From: Octopus sinensis
Lineage: Eukaryota
NCBI RefSeq assembly: GCF_006345805.1
Contig: NC_042997.1
Location: forward strand, 130,634,001 to 130,698,000
DNA: 64,000 nt
Direction of reading: 5' to 3'
Part shown: positions 24,626 to 38,824 of the stretch, piece after piece
How positions within the stretch are numbered: position 1 is the first letter of the stretch
How the letters are laid out: each line of letters starts with the position of its first letter
Made by a program: the position numbers and the translations under genes
Notes under the pieces: model-generated
What the model was told of the DNA's origin: nothing
Databases searched by the model: none
The model's input: only the letters and a program-made list of their open reading frames with translations

Positions 24626-24893
24626 TCTATTTGTAATTGATTTCAAATTTTGGCACAAGGCCAGCAAGTTGGGGAAAGGGATGAGTTGATTACAGTGGCC
24701 CCACTTATTCTATTGACCCTCAAAGGATAAAAGGCAAAGCCAACCTAGGTGTGAATTGAACTCAGAACATAAAGACAGATGAAATGCTGCTAATGATTTT
24801 TGCCTCGTGTGCCAATGATTCAGCCACTTCACTGCCTTGAATCTACTAATAATTAAGAATAATAATGCCTAGTTATAGGAGGTTAATACTTAA

Positions 24894-25384
24894 CCCTTTC
24901 GTTACCGTATTTATTTTGAGATGCTCTGTGTTTCTTTCAGTTATTTAAAATATAACAAAGAATTTAGGCACTTAACTTAGTTATCAAATAGAAAATTACT
25001 ATTTGTAAATCTCTCAATGAGAGATACTCAGCAACAGTACTCTAGAGTAAAAATTATTTGCCAACATAAAATGGCAGTCCTGGTTTAGGATGAATATTGC
25101 TGTAATATAGCCCCAGGATTGTCTCCAGCTGGCTATACACAGATCATGTTGTATAGCCAGCTGGAGATGATGTCTCCTGGGGCTAAATTACAGCAACATT
25201 CGTCCTAAACCAGGACTGCTATGTTATGTTGGCAAATAATCTTAAATTAGTTATCATTTAGCTAGTGTTAGGAACATATATTGTGACTAAGGTTTGGTGG
25301 AAGATTTTAATTCAAAATTTAGGAAAACAAGACATTGGGACTACAGAGCCAGATCAGATTTCAGCCAAGTTTGTAACGAAAGGG
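24894..25384. mobile_element. piggyBac-type MITE (TTAA TSD) carrying an internal 190-bp palindrome
   Basis: ttaa|CCCTTTCGTTAC ... GTAACGAAAGGG|ttaa; palindrome at 25051-25241. Confidence 0.8.
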
Positions 25385-25869
25385 TTAAGTCAACCATTAG
25401 GTAAAGAACCTGCAATCCTAAGACCAGATTAGGATCATTTGTTAGGCTCATTTGACCTGTGTAAATTCCACAGAATGGAAAAATTAAGATGACCTATTTA
25501 AGAAAGAAAGGATGATTTGCATTTTTATAGCACTCATAGTTTAGCTTTCTTTAAATATTTTTGACATGTGTCTACATTAATTTCCTCATGTCTCCGTTGA
25601 TGTTGTCGTTTTCTTTTTTTTTTTTCTTAATTATATCTTTTTGCAGTTCCTCTCTGGTCTGTACTCTATATCTGCACATCCTTTTTCAGGCATCTTTCAA
25701 CCATATTTCTTGTGAATCCAAAGTTTAGGCTAAATTAACCCTTATAAACAAATATAAATTTTTTAAGCGGGCAGACAATAAATAGTTGCACTTATGCATA
25801 TGTGATGGTCACTATTAAAAAAATCAGTTCAAGAAAACAATATCAACACAGCACCACCACTGTTATCTG

Positions 25870-25932
<63 letters not shown>

Positions 25933-26147
25933 CTCTCATTCTTTGCCTCTAACTAACTAATGTATAATGAGCAAACAAACAAGCAGATTTCTACTGGGCT
26001 TTGCAAAAGTCCTTTTACTCTTGGTCCTGGCCCTTTTGAGAGGTTTACATGTGTGATTAAAGAAGTGCCATCAAACGTACTTGAAGTTCTGCTTTTCCAG
26101 CACATGTCATTAAAATGTCTTTTCCATTGTGTACAGGTGTATTAAGA

Positions 26148-26525
26148 TGAAAGCAAAGGGAATCGAGATCTCTGCTTTCCTGCACGCAGGCCACAAGTCC
26201 AACATCACCAAGCAACTCAACGTCAGCTAGATGACTGTCCACAGAGTCGTGGAGTGGCTCAAGAATGGGAAAGCCCTCAAAGATCAACCTCAAGTTGTCA
26301 ACCATTTGATTGTAAGAAAGGCCTTCGAAAGTGATCCGAAACTCAAAATGATCTTCATTGCCATAGTTTCCAGGGCTATCAAGAAGGAAGGAGGGCTAAT
26401 AAGAGATTGAGGTGTGTGTAAAGGCATCTACTCACCAACCGTATGCAAGAATGTTGGGAGTGCTGTCATCACCTTCTCAACTACTAGAAGTGTCATGGCA
26501 ATCAAAATCTCATTTTTTCTGATGA
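26148..26525 (+). pseudogene. Tc1/mariner-superfamily (maT-like) transposase relic
   Basis: MKAKGIEISAFLHAGHKSNITKQLNVS*MTVHRVVEWLKNG (paired-type HTH), later ...FFSDE; stops and deletions present. Confidence 0.5.
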
Positions 26526-27968
26526 AGTATTTTGAAAAATAAACTGGCTATTGATAAGGAAACTTCTATATTGAAGAAGGGATTGGACCAAATAATTTTG
26601 CTTGTGCTTTTTGTTTATTGTGGGTGTGATACTATTTATATAATGTGCTTTTTCCTGGTAATGCTGTTATGAAGAGCTTCATTATATGGAATGTAATGAT
26701 TATTGACTATTTGTTCATTTGAAGCTAAAGAAAGAAGTCTCAATGACATGTGTTTGATTAAGTTTCTAAATATATTTTTAGCATGATTTATAATCATATT
26801 TTGGGGTTGGCTGCTTACAATGACCATTTTTGTTTTCTTTTTTAATAGGGTTTATAAATAAAGGATTCATATTCTAGGCTAACATTGAGAAAGTTAACTG
26901 ATTTAAGACCTATTGCTACAATAATGAAGAATCTTAGGTTTTGGAAGAAGAGATGTAATTCCTTCCCAATTAATCAGTTTTTTGTGGGTTGAAGTCTCTC
27001 TGGAGGCATAGAGCATCATTTCTGCAGAGACCACCAAAAACAAAAGGAACTTTTATGCGTGGTACTGATAATATATATGGGCCAACAATATCGCTTACCT
27101 CAGTGGAGTCCTTTGATCCTATGATAATATCAAATGGTTCTTTATAATCTGTTGTGTCTGGGGAGAGTCATTTTCTTTTTGTGCCTTTTAATGTAACACA
27201 CTCACTGGTAAAATTTCCACTTATTTCTTATTTTTATTTTCCTAAAATTTTCGTTGCGTCTTGCAACCTTTTCAATAGTCTTGACTCTCTTTATAAGAGA
27301 GTTCTTTATAAGTTTTCTTAGAAGGTAATTACTGACTTGTAGTATTATTTCTGTTTTACTGTTAATGTTGGTTACTATCATTTTAGCAATGTTCAAAGTG
27401 GCTGTAAGTATTGGTATTGCAGTGTAATAACCTTTGGTGTTGCACTGTATGCGTATACACACCCAGGATACACTACACTGTAAATTGTAGAACCTTAAGA
27501 AGGATATCAAGCTGTCTAAAACCATGCCAAAGGTGACACTTGAGCTCAACGTCATCCTATAGCTTGCCAGATCCTGTCAAACCGTCTAACCCATGCCAGC
27601 GAACAAAATGAATGTTAAATGGTGGTGGTGGAGGTAGTGATGATGATGATGATAATATTGACATAAAAGTTATAAGATTAAACCTGGTCAATCTCATAAC
27701 ATTGTACCTCTGGGTAAGTGCAAATCAACTGAGAGAATTATAGTATTACTTGAGCCATTATAGAGTGCTTAATAGAACCCTACTATAAATGGTCAATGGT
27801 AGAACCTACATCATTTAGTTACCAAACCTCCTTAATACACATATACTTTATAAAGAGCCATAGTAGTGAACTGTTGTATAATTGTGCAACTTTTGAGTAA
27901 AATTTAATTGAATATGTAGTGCAACTTAAATTATCAGGAATTAGTATTTTAAAATAGATTTTACCGAC

Positions 27969-28106
27969 CTTCAGTTATTTCTTGAATATCACGTAGTTGT
28001 TCTTGGTATAAGCATTCTATATAGTCTGAGAGTGTAGAAGATAGACCGTGTTTTCTGATTTCAGTAAGCAAATAACCTATTTTCCTAAGAATGTTACTAC
28101 CACTGA
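27969..28106 (-). CDS. RGS-domain protein, coding exon (acceptor at 28106 or 28102)
   Basis: Acceptor ttttttctctgctttttag, donor GAAG/gtcggt; SGSNILRKIGYLLTEIRKHGLSSTLSDYIECLYQEQLRDIQEITE; phase 1 end matches 24203. Confidence 0.75.
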
Positions 28107-29301
28107 CTAAAAAGCAGAGAAAAAAAATAATGGAATGGAAAAGAAAACTAGTGATATGAAAAAGATATTTCAGTGAGAACATTGAAAAATTAATGTTTTG
28201 AAATATTTAAAAGATGAGTGGAAAGGTATTTAATTCTATTGTGTAAATTAATAATAAATATTGAGTTTGATCCCATATACAACAGATTGGCTTTCATTTG
28301 TTGCTTTTCTTTTCCTTGTTTCAGTCACTGGGTTGTGACCATACTAGAGTACAGCCTTGAAGAGTTTAATTGAACAAATTGATCCCACTAATTATTATTA
28401 ATTATTATTTTAAGTCTTTTATTTATACTGAATCAATAAATTATGTGGCTATTAACAAACCAGCACTATTTATCCAGTGGCAGTGGGTGGGGGCGAACAC
28501 AAACACAAAGATGCACAAACATACACACACACACACACACACACATAATATATATATGTGTTGTTGTCTATTCCTTCTTGAGCCATGCCTGGTTCATAAG
28601 TTTCCCAGTTTCATTGGGGTATAGGTTCCCCACCTGAACAAGACATCGGTCTGTCGCAGGTGAGCTGCTAGATGCAGGAGGAAAGAGTGAGAGAAAGTTG
28701 TGGCAAAAGAGTCAGCAGAAATTTGCGATTACCTTCTGCCAGAGCAGCGTGGAACTTTGGTGTTTTGCTCATAAACACACACACATCACCTGGTCTGAGA
28801 TTCAAACCTGCAATCCCTCAACTGCGAGTCCACTGCTTTAACTACTAGTCCATGTGCCTCCACTGTATATGTGTGAATGTTATGTATGTGTGTGAGAGCT
28901 GAATCATTGGTGTAACTATGATGTTCTGGTGATCTGATGAGCCAGCTTTCTTTATTTGCATAGATTTGTGAATATACAACTGTATTGTATAATGCATAGC
29001 ATGCATACTAATGCAAACATGTAAACATAATTGTTACTACATGAAGAAGGCTGTGAAATGGCTGTAATTCTAAGGATGTCAAATAGTTAAATAAATATAT
29101 TTATCTCTCATACCTCCTGATTTTTTATGTTATATAAACTGCTCATGAAGTAATTGATTGGATTTCCTGGATTCCAGCAGTATGGACACACTGCACTACA
29201 CTTCTCTGTATTGGATTACAATGTGGTCAGATAACCAACACCATTGGAGGAGCTTTCTGGGATAGCCACATAATTGTCTGAATCTATATTATATACTAAA
29301 A

Positions 29302-29337
<36 letters not shown>

Positions 29338-30542
29338 CACAGTCTTCCACATGATTAATGTCTACCAAATACCCCTGCAAGGCATTGGTTGTTCTAGGGT
29401 TATAGTAAAAGACACTTGCCTAAAGTGACATGCAGAAAGACAGAACTTGAAATCACCACATGGTTGCAAAGCAAGCTTCTAAACCATACATTAAGTTGTT
29501 TTGAGGAAATTTTAATAACATTTGAATAATTAATAATTGAATCATGTTCAGCTCTTTTTTTTCTATTATTTGCTGGGACTGAAGGATGAAACAATACTTT
29601 GCTGGGACTGAAGGATGAAACAATACTTTGATGAAACAATATTTTGATTGCAAGCAGTAAGATTGAGCCATTTATATTCTGAACTTTTGCAATAAATCAA
29701 AATAATGTTATCTGTACCTTAATTCCTAAGTTTGATACCCATAACACTAATTACAACACTTGCAAAGGCACATGGTTTAGTGGTTAAGGTGTTAGACTTA
29801 TGATAGGTAGATTGTGGTTTCGATTCCTGGTCCAGGAGACATGTTGGGTTCTTGAGCAAAACACTTCATTTCACATTACTCCAGTCCACTCAGCTGGTAA
29901 AAATGAGTAATCCTGCAATAGATCAGTGCCCCATCCAGGTGAGGAATTTATAAGTCATGGAAACCAGGAAACCGGTACTTATGATTTGACATGACATAAG
30001 AAGGTAACCTTTTACTTATTCAACACTAATATTTATCTAAAACACAATTCTAATGCCATACACTTTAATATAAACATTATGTGTAGGTATGACACTGATA
30101 TCTGTACAGGTGACTTTAATATATGTTCTAGGTAAAAAAAAAAAAACAGGTAATAAAATGGATGAAGCAAGGGTCAAGAACAACATCATACTGAGGGGTA
30201 AAAGCAACACATTGACAATAAACACCATTTTACTAAAAGTTATATAATGCTAAAAAAAAACCCCTGATTTTTTTCTTTCCCACAATCAAAGCAACAACAT
30301 CACTTTCTCTATTTCCCACCTCTCAGATGATAGGCAAGGCCCACAGAATGTTAGATTATTTGTGTTCATGGCCACTGAGCTTATCAATTTCTTCTATGAT
30401 CTCTCCTATGAACAAATTGGTGCCAACATAGATCATTACCAGTTTCCTTGAATTCCGGGTTTTACCCCAACATACATGAAAGGTCACTGACTGAACCTTT
30501 ATAGAAAGGTCAACAAATCCTTTATGACAAATCTTAATTTAC

Positions 30543-30644
30543 CAACTTTTCCTCATTGCTCTTTTGAAGGACATTAGGAGTTCAAATTTTGGTCGCTTCT
30601 GAGATTGTTCGGATTGGCGGAAAGTTTCTTCATATTTCCGGAAC
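30543..30644 (-). CDS. RGS-domain protein, coding exon (donor at 30543 or 30547)
   Basis: Acceptor ggtttttgtttgatcag; single open frame FRKYEETFRQSEQSQKRPKFELLMSFKRAMRK; phase 2 start matches 35381 (TG+G=Trp). Confidence 0.7.
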
Positions 30645-31130
30645 CTGATCAAACAAAAACCATTATTACAAGCATAGTTTCAGATCATAAAACTAATGGT
30701 AAATTAAATTGAAATAAAAATGCATTCTCTACTGAAATCTACCAGTTTTAATTAAAACTGTAAATGTAGTCAAATTTAAATCAGACAAGGTGTAGAACAC
30801 CATCATACTTTAATGTGGGTTCACTAATCTTACCAGTTATATTCTAAGGCTTTAAGGACTATAGGGTAGGCTGCTTTCAAGAATGGTATAGTCACATATT
30901 CACTTGTAGACAATAGATCAATTATTCTGTCCGAACACTGCAAGGCATCCCCTGTAAAATGATAATAACAAAGAGCTGTCTAAGCCTTTTAAGGATTTGT
31001 TTTTATCAAGGTGATACCTTAGCATGGCCACAGCCTAATGACTAAAACAAATAAAGAATAAAAAAGCAAATGAAGCCAGAAAGGCAGAGAGAGACATATT
31101 GGGCAATATTACTGCCTTAAGTAAAAAGCT

Positions 31131-31258
31131 ATTTTTGTAACTAATTTTTTGTAACTAATTTTTGTAACTAATTTTTTGTAACTATTTTTTGTAACTAATT
31201 TTTTGTAACTATTTTTTGTAACTAATTTTTTGTAACTAATTTTTTGTAACTATTTTTT
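31131..31258. repeat. Minisatellite of ~16-18-bp unit ttttttgtaactaa
   Basis: About 8 tandem copies. Confidence 0.9.
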
Positions 31259-31284
31259 CTATATTTATCTTTCTCCGGGTGCTG

Positions 31285-31900
31285 GTGTGTTGAGAGAAAA
31301 GTTAGACATAAGAGAAATTAGATACAGCGCGCAAGAGAGAAACCTGCACTGGTTTGGTCATGTGATGCAGATGGATGTTGACAGCTTTATAAAGAAGTGC
31401 TGATCACTCAAAGTAGATGGAACTGGTGGAAAAGGGAAAACCTAGGAAAACATGGGGCAAAATACAGAAGAATGGTCTCAGGACACTGAATCTCATGGAG
31501 GAGATGATGAAGAACTGAGATATCTTGCACCATGCAGGACTCAAGAAGACCCACCCTCCACAGTAGAAATATTAATACCAATCCTCCTGATGAAGAAGAC
31601 TGGTCTACAAGAGCCCTGTGCCAGTGCCACCTAAAAGGCACCCCTTCTAGCACCATGTAAAATGTATCCATGTTAGCATTATGTAATAGTGCCTGTGCCA
31701 GTGTGATGCAAAAGCGCCCCATGCTGGATGTCCTTCCTAATGCCAACCACTCTGTAAAGTGGTTGGCATTAGGAAGGGCATCCAGCCATAGCAACCATGC
31801 CAAATCAGGCTGGAACCTGGTGCAGCTCTCCTACTTGCTAGCTCTAGTAAAACTGTCCGACCTATACCAGCATCGAAAATGGATGTTAAAGGCTGATGAT
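31285..31900. mobile_element. RTE LINE 3-prime relic (+) abutting a family 3 repeat (-)
   Basis: ERNLHWFGHVMQMD...GKPRKTW motifs on +, followed by inverted gttggcattaggaagggcatcc...(GAT)n. Confidence 0.6.
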
Positions 31901-32282
31901 AATGATCTTGATGATGAAGATGATGATAATGATGATGATGGTGGTGGTGGTGGTGGTGGCGGCGGCGGCGGTGGTGATGTTGATGATGATGATGATGATG
32001 ATGATTAAACTAATCTTTGAAACAGCCACAAGTTCTGGAGAAAATTCTCGACGACATTTCCCAGAAGTTGTTTCTTGCGATGCAAAAAAGAAAAAATACC
32101 ATGGACTGATAAAACCAACTAGCACAATTTGATAATATTGAATTAGCGGTCTTAATTAATCATCTCACTGACAGTCGTGGTAATTTCTCACAAGTTGACA
32201 TTATTGATAGCAACAACTAAAATAGTTTATTACAACTGGTACATCAGAGACTATAGTAACAAAAGTAGGAAACAAAGAAGTT

Positions 32283-32790
32283 AATCTCTCTCTATATAAA
32301 GCTGAAGTTGTCTGTGTATGGCAGCTTTGGTAGCCTTCAACTAACACTATTTCCTCTGAGACCCTGTGGTGCAAGTTGACCAAAATTCAGAGTATGATAG
32401 AAGAAGGCTTGCTCTTCCTTCCGTAGAAGAAAAAATTCAAATCGGACCATGTTAACACCAAAAATTATTTACATCAAAAGGGTGCTTTTTTCTCTGAAAA
32501 TCCCTATTTTTTACGATTTTTTGACTGCTGTGTTGCCATTTTTCAGTGTATTTCAACTAGAAAAATGTTCACTTAAAGAGAATAACAAGCTACATAATGC
32601 AAAATTTTTAATTTTCAAAAATTCCAATTCTAAAGGGTCGAAACAAACCCAAGGAATGCCAGGCGATACTGTTAGTAAATGTATACAATTAAAACAAAAC
32701 ACTTCATGGCTAGATGTAGTTTTGAATGCTAATTGCAATATGAAGAAACTGAATTTAGAATTCTTTTTAATGTTCAATAACTGACCAGGA
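32283..32790 (-). mobile_element. Helentron/HINE-like non-autonomous element (partial)
   Basis: Minus-strand terminus gctttatatagagagagat, the same terminus type as 57241-57628; the other end is not identified. Confidence 0.45.
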
Positions 32791-33031
32791 ACAGAAATAA
32801 GTATTTCTTTTGATTCGACCATGGGTACTGGATGACAAAGAGATGTGTGCTCGCAGTGAAAGGTACTACTGGTAGAAATGTTGCAACAAGTGTCAAAATG
32901 AATGAGAATGAGAGCTTATGGCTAACATGAAACAGGATTGGGAAACATGAAAATGTTGCAATAAAGAAAGTTCCAATTAGTATACATTAACCAATTTCAA
33001 AGAAACACACGCACACACACACACATTATGC

Positions 33032-33420
33032 AGGACTGGCTGTGTAGTAAGTAGTTTGCTTACCAACCACATGGTTCCGGGTTCAGTCCCACTGTGTGGC
33101 ACCTTGGCCAAGTATCTTCTACTATAGCCTCGGGCCGACCAAAACCTTGTGAGTGGATTTGGTAGATGGAAACTGAAAGAATCCCATCGTATATATGTAT
33201 GTGTGTATATATGTTTGTGTGTTTGTGTTTGTCCCCCCAACATCGCTTGACAATGTTGACGATGCTGGTGTGTTTACATCCCCGTAACTTAGCGGTTTGG
33301 CAAAAGAGACTGATACAATAAGTACTAGGCTTACAAAGAATAAGTCCTGGGGTCGATTTGGTCGACTAAAGGCAGTGCTCCAGCATGGCCACAGTCAAAT
33401 GACTGAAACAAGTAAAAGAA
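33032..33420 (+). mobile_element. tRNA-derived SINE (family 2)
   Basis: Full-length near-consensus copy. Confidence 0.85.
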
Positions 33421-33422
33421 AA

Positions 33423-33462
<40 letters not shown>

Positions 33463-33808
33463 CCCCACCACATATAACTCCCTCAGCCAACACTACTGGT
33501 CAAATAGTCACTGTCCCCGCTTACTGTCACGCGCATCTAATGAAGGAATCTACTAACATGTAGAAATATATACAAGTCACTAAAATGTAAGCCTATAGAC
33601 TTTAACAAACTTTTTTCCTCTTTCATTTTCTTTGCCTTACTTTACCCTCTAATCATTCTGAAGATGTCTATTAAATGTAACGAGGTAAATGTAAATTTAC
33701 TCCAATTTCATAAACAGAAACAGTTGTAAATGGTTCCAGATCCTATTAAACAATGACTTTTAAACACCAATGATCCACTTCTCATTGTTAATTATTGCTC
33801 CATTTCTT

Positions 33809-33872
<64 letters not shown>

Positions 33873-35380
33873 CAGCAGACCTGCTGTGTGTAGCAGAAGA
33901 AACTGCAAAGGACATAAATGTTCTTATAGGTTAACAGCCTTTTCCATCACAGTTTCCCCATTTAATAATTTGTTACTATTTATACATGTATGTTCTACAC
34001 AATCATTTATTAAAGCATTAAGATATTAAACCTATTTGTTTATTTTTATTTGAAATAATTACAATAAGTTACATAAATGTTCAACTTGACATTGGTTATT
34101 GATTATATGTTATTGGAGACTTTTTTTTGCAACAATTCAAAAAATTATGATCACAACTAAAAGAGTGAATTTACACCTCAGGAATTTCTGCACAGTAAAG
34201 TAAAGATTATCAGCACAGTTATAATTGTATAGTCAGAAGTAAGGTGGTCTTGATATATTTTGAGATTTGCTTGAGGTTGTATGGTCTAGTATAATATCCA
34301 CTAGTTTATGTCCAATATTTTGGAGCAAAAACTCTAGTTTGCTCAGGTTAAGGTACAGAGATGCAGCTCGGAATTTTGTCAGTGAACAGGTTGCGGTCTC
34401 AAAGTGATGAAAATATTTTGACAAATTAAATTTAAATGTTGAAGTGAATCTAACAGTTTTTGTGTGTTTCTTAAATGGCTTATAAACACCTTCCATGTTG
34501 CAACTGCTTTCGTTCCAGCACAAGATCTCAGATCAAGTCACTTGCTATGCAAGTACATCTCCGTAACACAGATTAATAGTTATTAGGAAATACTTTAATG
34601 TTTTCAACCACAACTTAAAACTCTTGTCTCATTGACAAGATTATCCTGCCTATTTGGATTCAATGATTGATAATTTTTTTAATTGATTAAAGTAAACTAT
34701 GTGGAATTTTGTTTTAATTAATTTAAAAGTTACTAATTACTGAATCAAAGTGTACAGGATTGTCACACCAGATGAATTTGGCATTCTGACAAACTCTCCT
34801 TACTACTGTAAGATTTTTAAGTCATGGAGAAGGGGACTCAAGTATTTCCAAATATCTATCGATATATCAGCACCTACCTTGTTCTTACATATTAGGCCTA
34901 ATGCAGTAGTCATTATACAAGATTGTACAAATATTTTAATGCTTTAAAATGGTTAGAAGTTTAAGGAAAAACAACCCAATTAAATATATGACAGACACCT
35001 TTTGTCTATATGATATCAAAAGCTTTATGAATAATAAAAAAAATTTCTTCTGAATTTAATTGTATTAGCATATAACTAAGAATTTATAGCAATAATGGCT
35101 GAAAAAATTTCTTTAATACAAGGAATACATACTGGTTTCAAATTTTGGCACAGAGCTAGTAATTGACCTCAGTGCTCAACAGTACATATGTTGTCAATCC
35201 CAAAAGGATGAAAGACTAAGTTGACCTTGGCGGAATTTGAATACAGAACATTAAGACAGACAACATGCTGCTAAGCATTTTGCCTAGCATGCTAATGATT
35301 CTGCCAGCTCACCATTTTATACATGGAATACTTATTAAAACCAGACTGCTAGAGTGCAAACCTTTAACAGTGGATAGTAC

Positions 35381-35450
35381 CATCGAAGAGGATAGATCTC
35401 TGGAGCAAATTTGACCAGAATCATATAAAATGCTTCTTCCTGGAGTCCTT
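35381..35450 (-). CDS. RGS-domain protein, coding exon (70 nt, phase 1 to 2)
   Basis: Acceptor tttacttcttttctatttgttaacatcag, donor ATG/gtacta; GLQEEAFYMILVKFAPEIYPLR. Confidence 0.65.
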
Positions 35451-35664
35451 CTGATGTTAACAAATAGAAAAGAAGTAAATATCAGTTTCTGCTACAGTAA
35501 ATCCTAAAACCTGGTGAACATGAGGAGGAACCACAAGAAAATCTAAGGGCCATGACTTTTATTACACATAAGGAGGACTTATCATAGAAGATATACTGAA
35601 TTTTTAATAAACATATATACCAATGTTGAAAAATACTATATACTTTACTTTTTTTACTTTACTT

Positions 35665-36047
35665 TTTACTTGTTTCAGTCATGTGACTGTGGCCATGCTG
35701 GAGCACCACCTTTAGTTGAGCAAATTGACCCCAGGACTTATTTTTTGTAAGCTTAGTACTTATTTTATCGGTCTCTTTTGCTAAACCGCTAAGTTACGGG
35801 GACGTAAACACACCAGTATCGGTTGTCAAGCGATGTTGGGGGGGGCAAACGCACACACATACATATATATATTTATATACATACGACGGGCTTCTTTCAG
35901 TTTCCGTCTATCAAATCTACTCAGAAGGCTTTGGTCGGCCCAGGGCTATAGTAGGAGAAACTTGCTCAAGGTGCCACGCAGTGGGGCTGAAACTGGAACC
36001 ATGTGGTTTGTAAACAAGCTACTTACCACACAGCCACTCCTACGCCT
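35665..36047 (-). mobile_element. tRNA-derived SINE (family 2)
   Basis: Reverse complement of consensus. Confidence 0.85.
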
Positions 36048-37880
36048 ATAATATATGTTTTATGAATATTTTTTATCATGTATGATATATTATGGAGCGG
36101 ATAGGTCTACCACGCAGCACATCACCACCTTTGTCATTTCATTTGTGAAATTAAACTGCTGTCATAATTACAATCTAGTGCTAATTAGGTCACCAAGATA
36201 ACAACATTATCTGTTACTTCCAGTAAGTCAGCAAGTAGTTTATGTACTTTCATTTGCCTCTCCCTCTTTCCTGCCAATTACTTCTGCATATCTAATTAGT
36301 GCGTACGAAATCCTTGTTGTTAGCCTGTTAAAAAGTCCACTGAATTTTTTGTGTATCCTTTGCTTATTACACATTAACTTACAACTAACTCTGTTCTAAC
36401 ATACCTAGCTACACAACTTCCACAAAGATTCAGACAGCTGTGTGGGTAAGAATCTCTTTTACCCACATAGCTGTCGGGCAAGGAGATTGTATTTTTGATT
36501 CCTAAAAGGACTTGTGTAAGAGGTTTATTGCTTCAAAATGGCTTTGTATGAAGTTAATGTAAGAGCTTTATTGCCTCCTTAATGTGTTATCATGTAAGAG
36601 GTTTGTAGCCTCAAAATGTTTTATAAAAGAACAATGTGCTCGGGTATACAGCAATCGGCGGGTGTTGCTGTTGCCCTCATTATTATCATATTGTTAATCA
36701 TTCCATCTCATTATGTCTATGTCCAGCCCACAGCTTCCTTTCTTTGAAAGGCCCTTGTGGTCAATTAAATGAATGAACAAAAGAAGCTTTCTTCACAACT
36801 TCTTAGTTTCGAATTCACTCCTATGTGCAGCACTTTAAGAAATATCTTTTACTATGGGTTACTCAAAGATTTCTGAATGAGATTTGGACAGAAAATGTGT
36901 GAAAGCCCGTACCAGAAGGAATGTTCCAGTTCTTGTCTGGTTGATTTAATCCTATAACATTTAAACTGACCATATCTGGCCAAAATATTCTACCTGCTTC
37001 ATGCTCAAGCCAGCTAGATCTGGCCCCTCACATCATCATCTACATTTAATGTCTATTGTCCATATTGGCATGGGTCTATCCTACAATATCATTTTAAAAA
37101 TAAATAAGCTGTACATGTGGCAGAGTAATCTGAATGCTAAAGGGTTAAAACCATTAACTGGCCCTTTGGTACCTTTAGCATTGTAAGCATTTGGACCAGT
37201 CTCCAGTTTAGGGATAGTTTTGTCTTACTGCCCTTACCCCCATAGCTGCTGCCACCACCACCACCACTTCTATCATCATTAAGCAGTGTTTGTATTCCAT
37301 GCTGGCATGGGTTGAAGGGTTTAGCAGTATCCAATAAATCAGAGGACTGCATTATTTTCCGATCATCATTATCTTCATCATCATTTAGTGTCAACTTTCT
37401 ATGCTGGCATGGGTTGGACAGCTTGACTGAAAGTGGTAAGCTGGAGAGGTGCACCAGGTCCCAAACTGATTTGGCATGGTTTCTATGGCTGGATACCCTT
37501 CCTGGTGCCAACCACTCCAAAATCCAAAAGTATAATGAGTGCTTTTTATGTGCCCCCAGCACAGGTGCCAGTTACGTGACACCAGCATTGGCCACAACTA
37601 TAATTTCACTTGTCTTGATGAGTCTTCTCAAGCATGGCATAACACCAAAGGCCTTGGTCACTTATCATCTTTGTGAGACCCAATGTCTGCCATAATTAAA
37701 AGGAAAAAAAATGTCAATAATGGGGGTTTGTGTTCGCTTTTTCTACCTAACATTTTGCATTTTGACATGTTAACGTCTTTTTATTTTTATTAATTTTAAT
37801 TTTGGAATTCCTTTTAGTGGTTCTTTGATGTATTCAACTATCATTATAAATACCAATAATGAATGATTAAAAAACCTTAC

Positions 37881-38065
37881 CATTATCGGTTTTAAAAAAT
37901 CTCCTCCAAACTTGGTTAACTTTGTATTGTTTAAAATTTTTATCTTGTATTTTGTTTATTTCAGAAATCAAGTCAAGGAACTGTAGTGGTGCAAGAGATC
38001 TATTTTTCAAGAGAAACCTGCGAAAATCTTCTTTATATAGTTTGCTAAAAACATCCCTAAAGTAC
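37881..38065 (-). CDS. RGS-domain protein, coding exon (185 nt, phase 2 to 1)
   Basis: Acceptor tcttgctattgttactttcag, donor gtaagg. YFRDVFSKLYKEDFRRFLLKNRSLAPLQFLDLISEINKIQDKNFKQYKVNQVWRRFFKTDN resembles the RGS N-terminal half (FRRFL...L.FL..I). Confidence 0.8.
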
Positions 38066-38124
38066 CTGAAAGTAACAATAGCAAGATGTTAGCACTGTTA
38101 TTCTTATCCATTACAATGGCAATA

Positions 38125-38687
38125 CCAGGGTTAGCTAAAAAGTTCATAGGCTAACTATGAAGGAGTTATGCTAGAGACAGGAAATTTTGCATGCATAAAT
38201 TTCAACCCTTTAACTGTATTATTTCTTACCAGGTAAACTGACATTTGACCGTTCAAAGAAAACTTCAAAAGTAACTGGGAGCATCTTCTTTTGAAAAGTG
38301 ACAAAAGTGTTTTGGTATTATCATGTACCTCCAGAAAAAGGGTTTAGTCCCCAAGAACATTCATGCTGAAATGGTTGCTACATTAGGGGACGATGCTTCA
38401 GCTTTATCAACAGTGCAAAAGTGGGCAGCTGAATTTAGGAGGCGAAGGGAGGGTCTTGAAGATGACCCGTGGTCTGGATGTCCTGCAACTGCCACCAATG
38501 AGGAATATATTAGTCATGTCCACCACATGGATGGCAGGCAATTGATTATAAATCGCATAGCTAATGCTGTTAGCATATGCTGTGAAAGAGTTGAGAAAAT
38601 TCTGCACAACGAACTTGGCATGATGAAGATTTCTGTTCAGCAGTGAGAGTATCTTGGTCAGCCTATGAACTTTTCAGCCAACCCTTG
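38125..38687 (+). mobile_element. Internally deleted mariner (TA TSD, ~30-bp TIRs)
   Basis: ta|ccagggttagctaaaaagttcataggctaac ... gtcagcctatgaacttttcagccaacccttg|ta; ORF with mariner HTH (TVQKWAAEFRR..LEDDPWSGCP). Confidence 0.88.
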
Positions 38688-38824
38688 TATTTGAGCTTTT
38701 AACTGATTCTAACTGTCATGAAATGAATGACGGTAACATCGAAAGCAATATATATATAGAATGTAATTCTTTCATTAGTCTTCATATAGGTTCAAAATAA
38801 ATCTACAGAAAGAAAAACACTTAC

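Noticed and set aside
29114-29280. Minus-strand segment ending in strong donor gtatga
   Set aside because: The only open frame ends in phase 0 and does not fit the flanking exons.
34878-34941. 64-nt minus-strand segment with good acceptor and gtaggt donor
   Set aside because: Its phase 0 end is incompatible with the next exon (30644 needs phase 2); at most a cryptic or poison exon.
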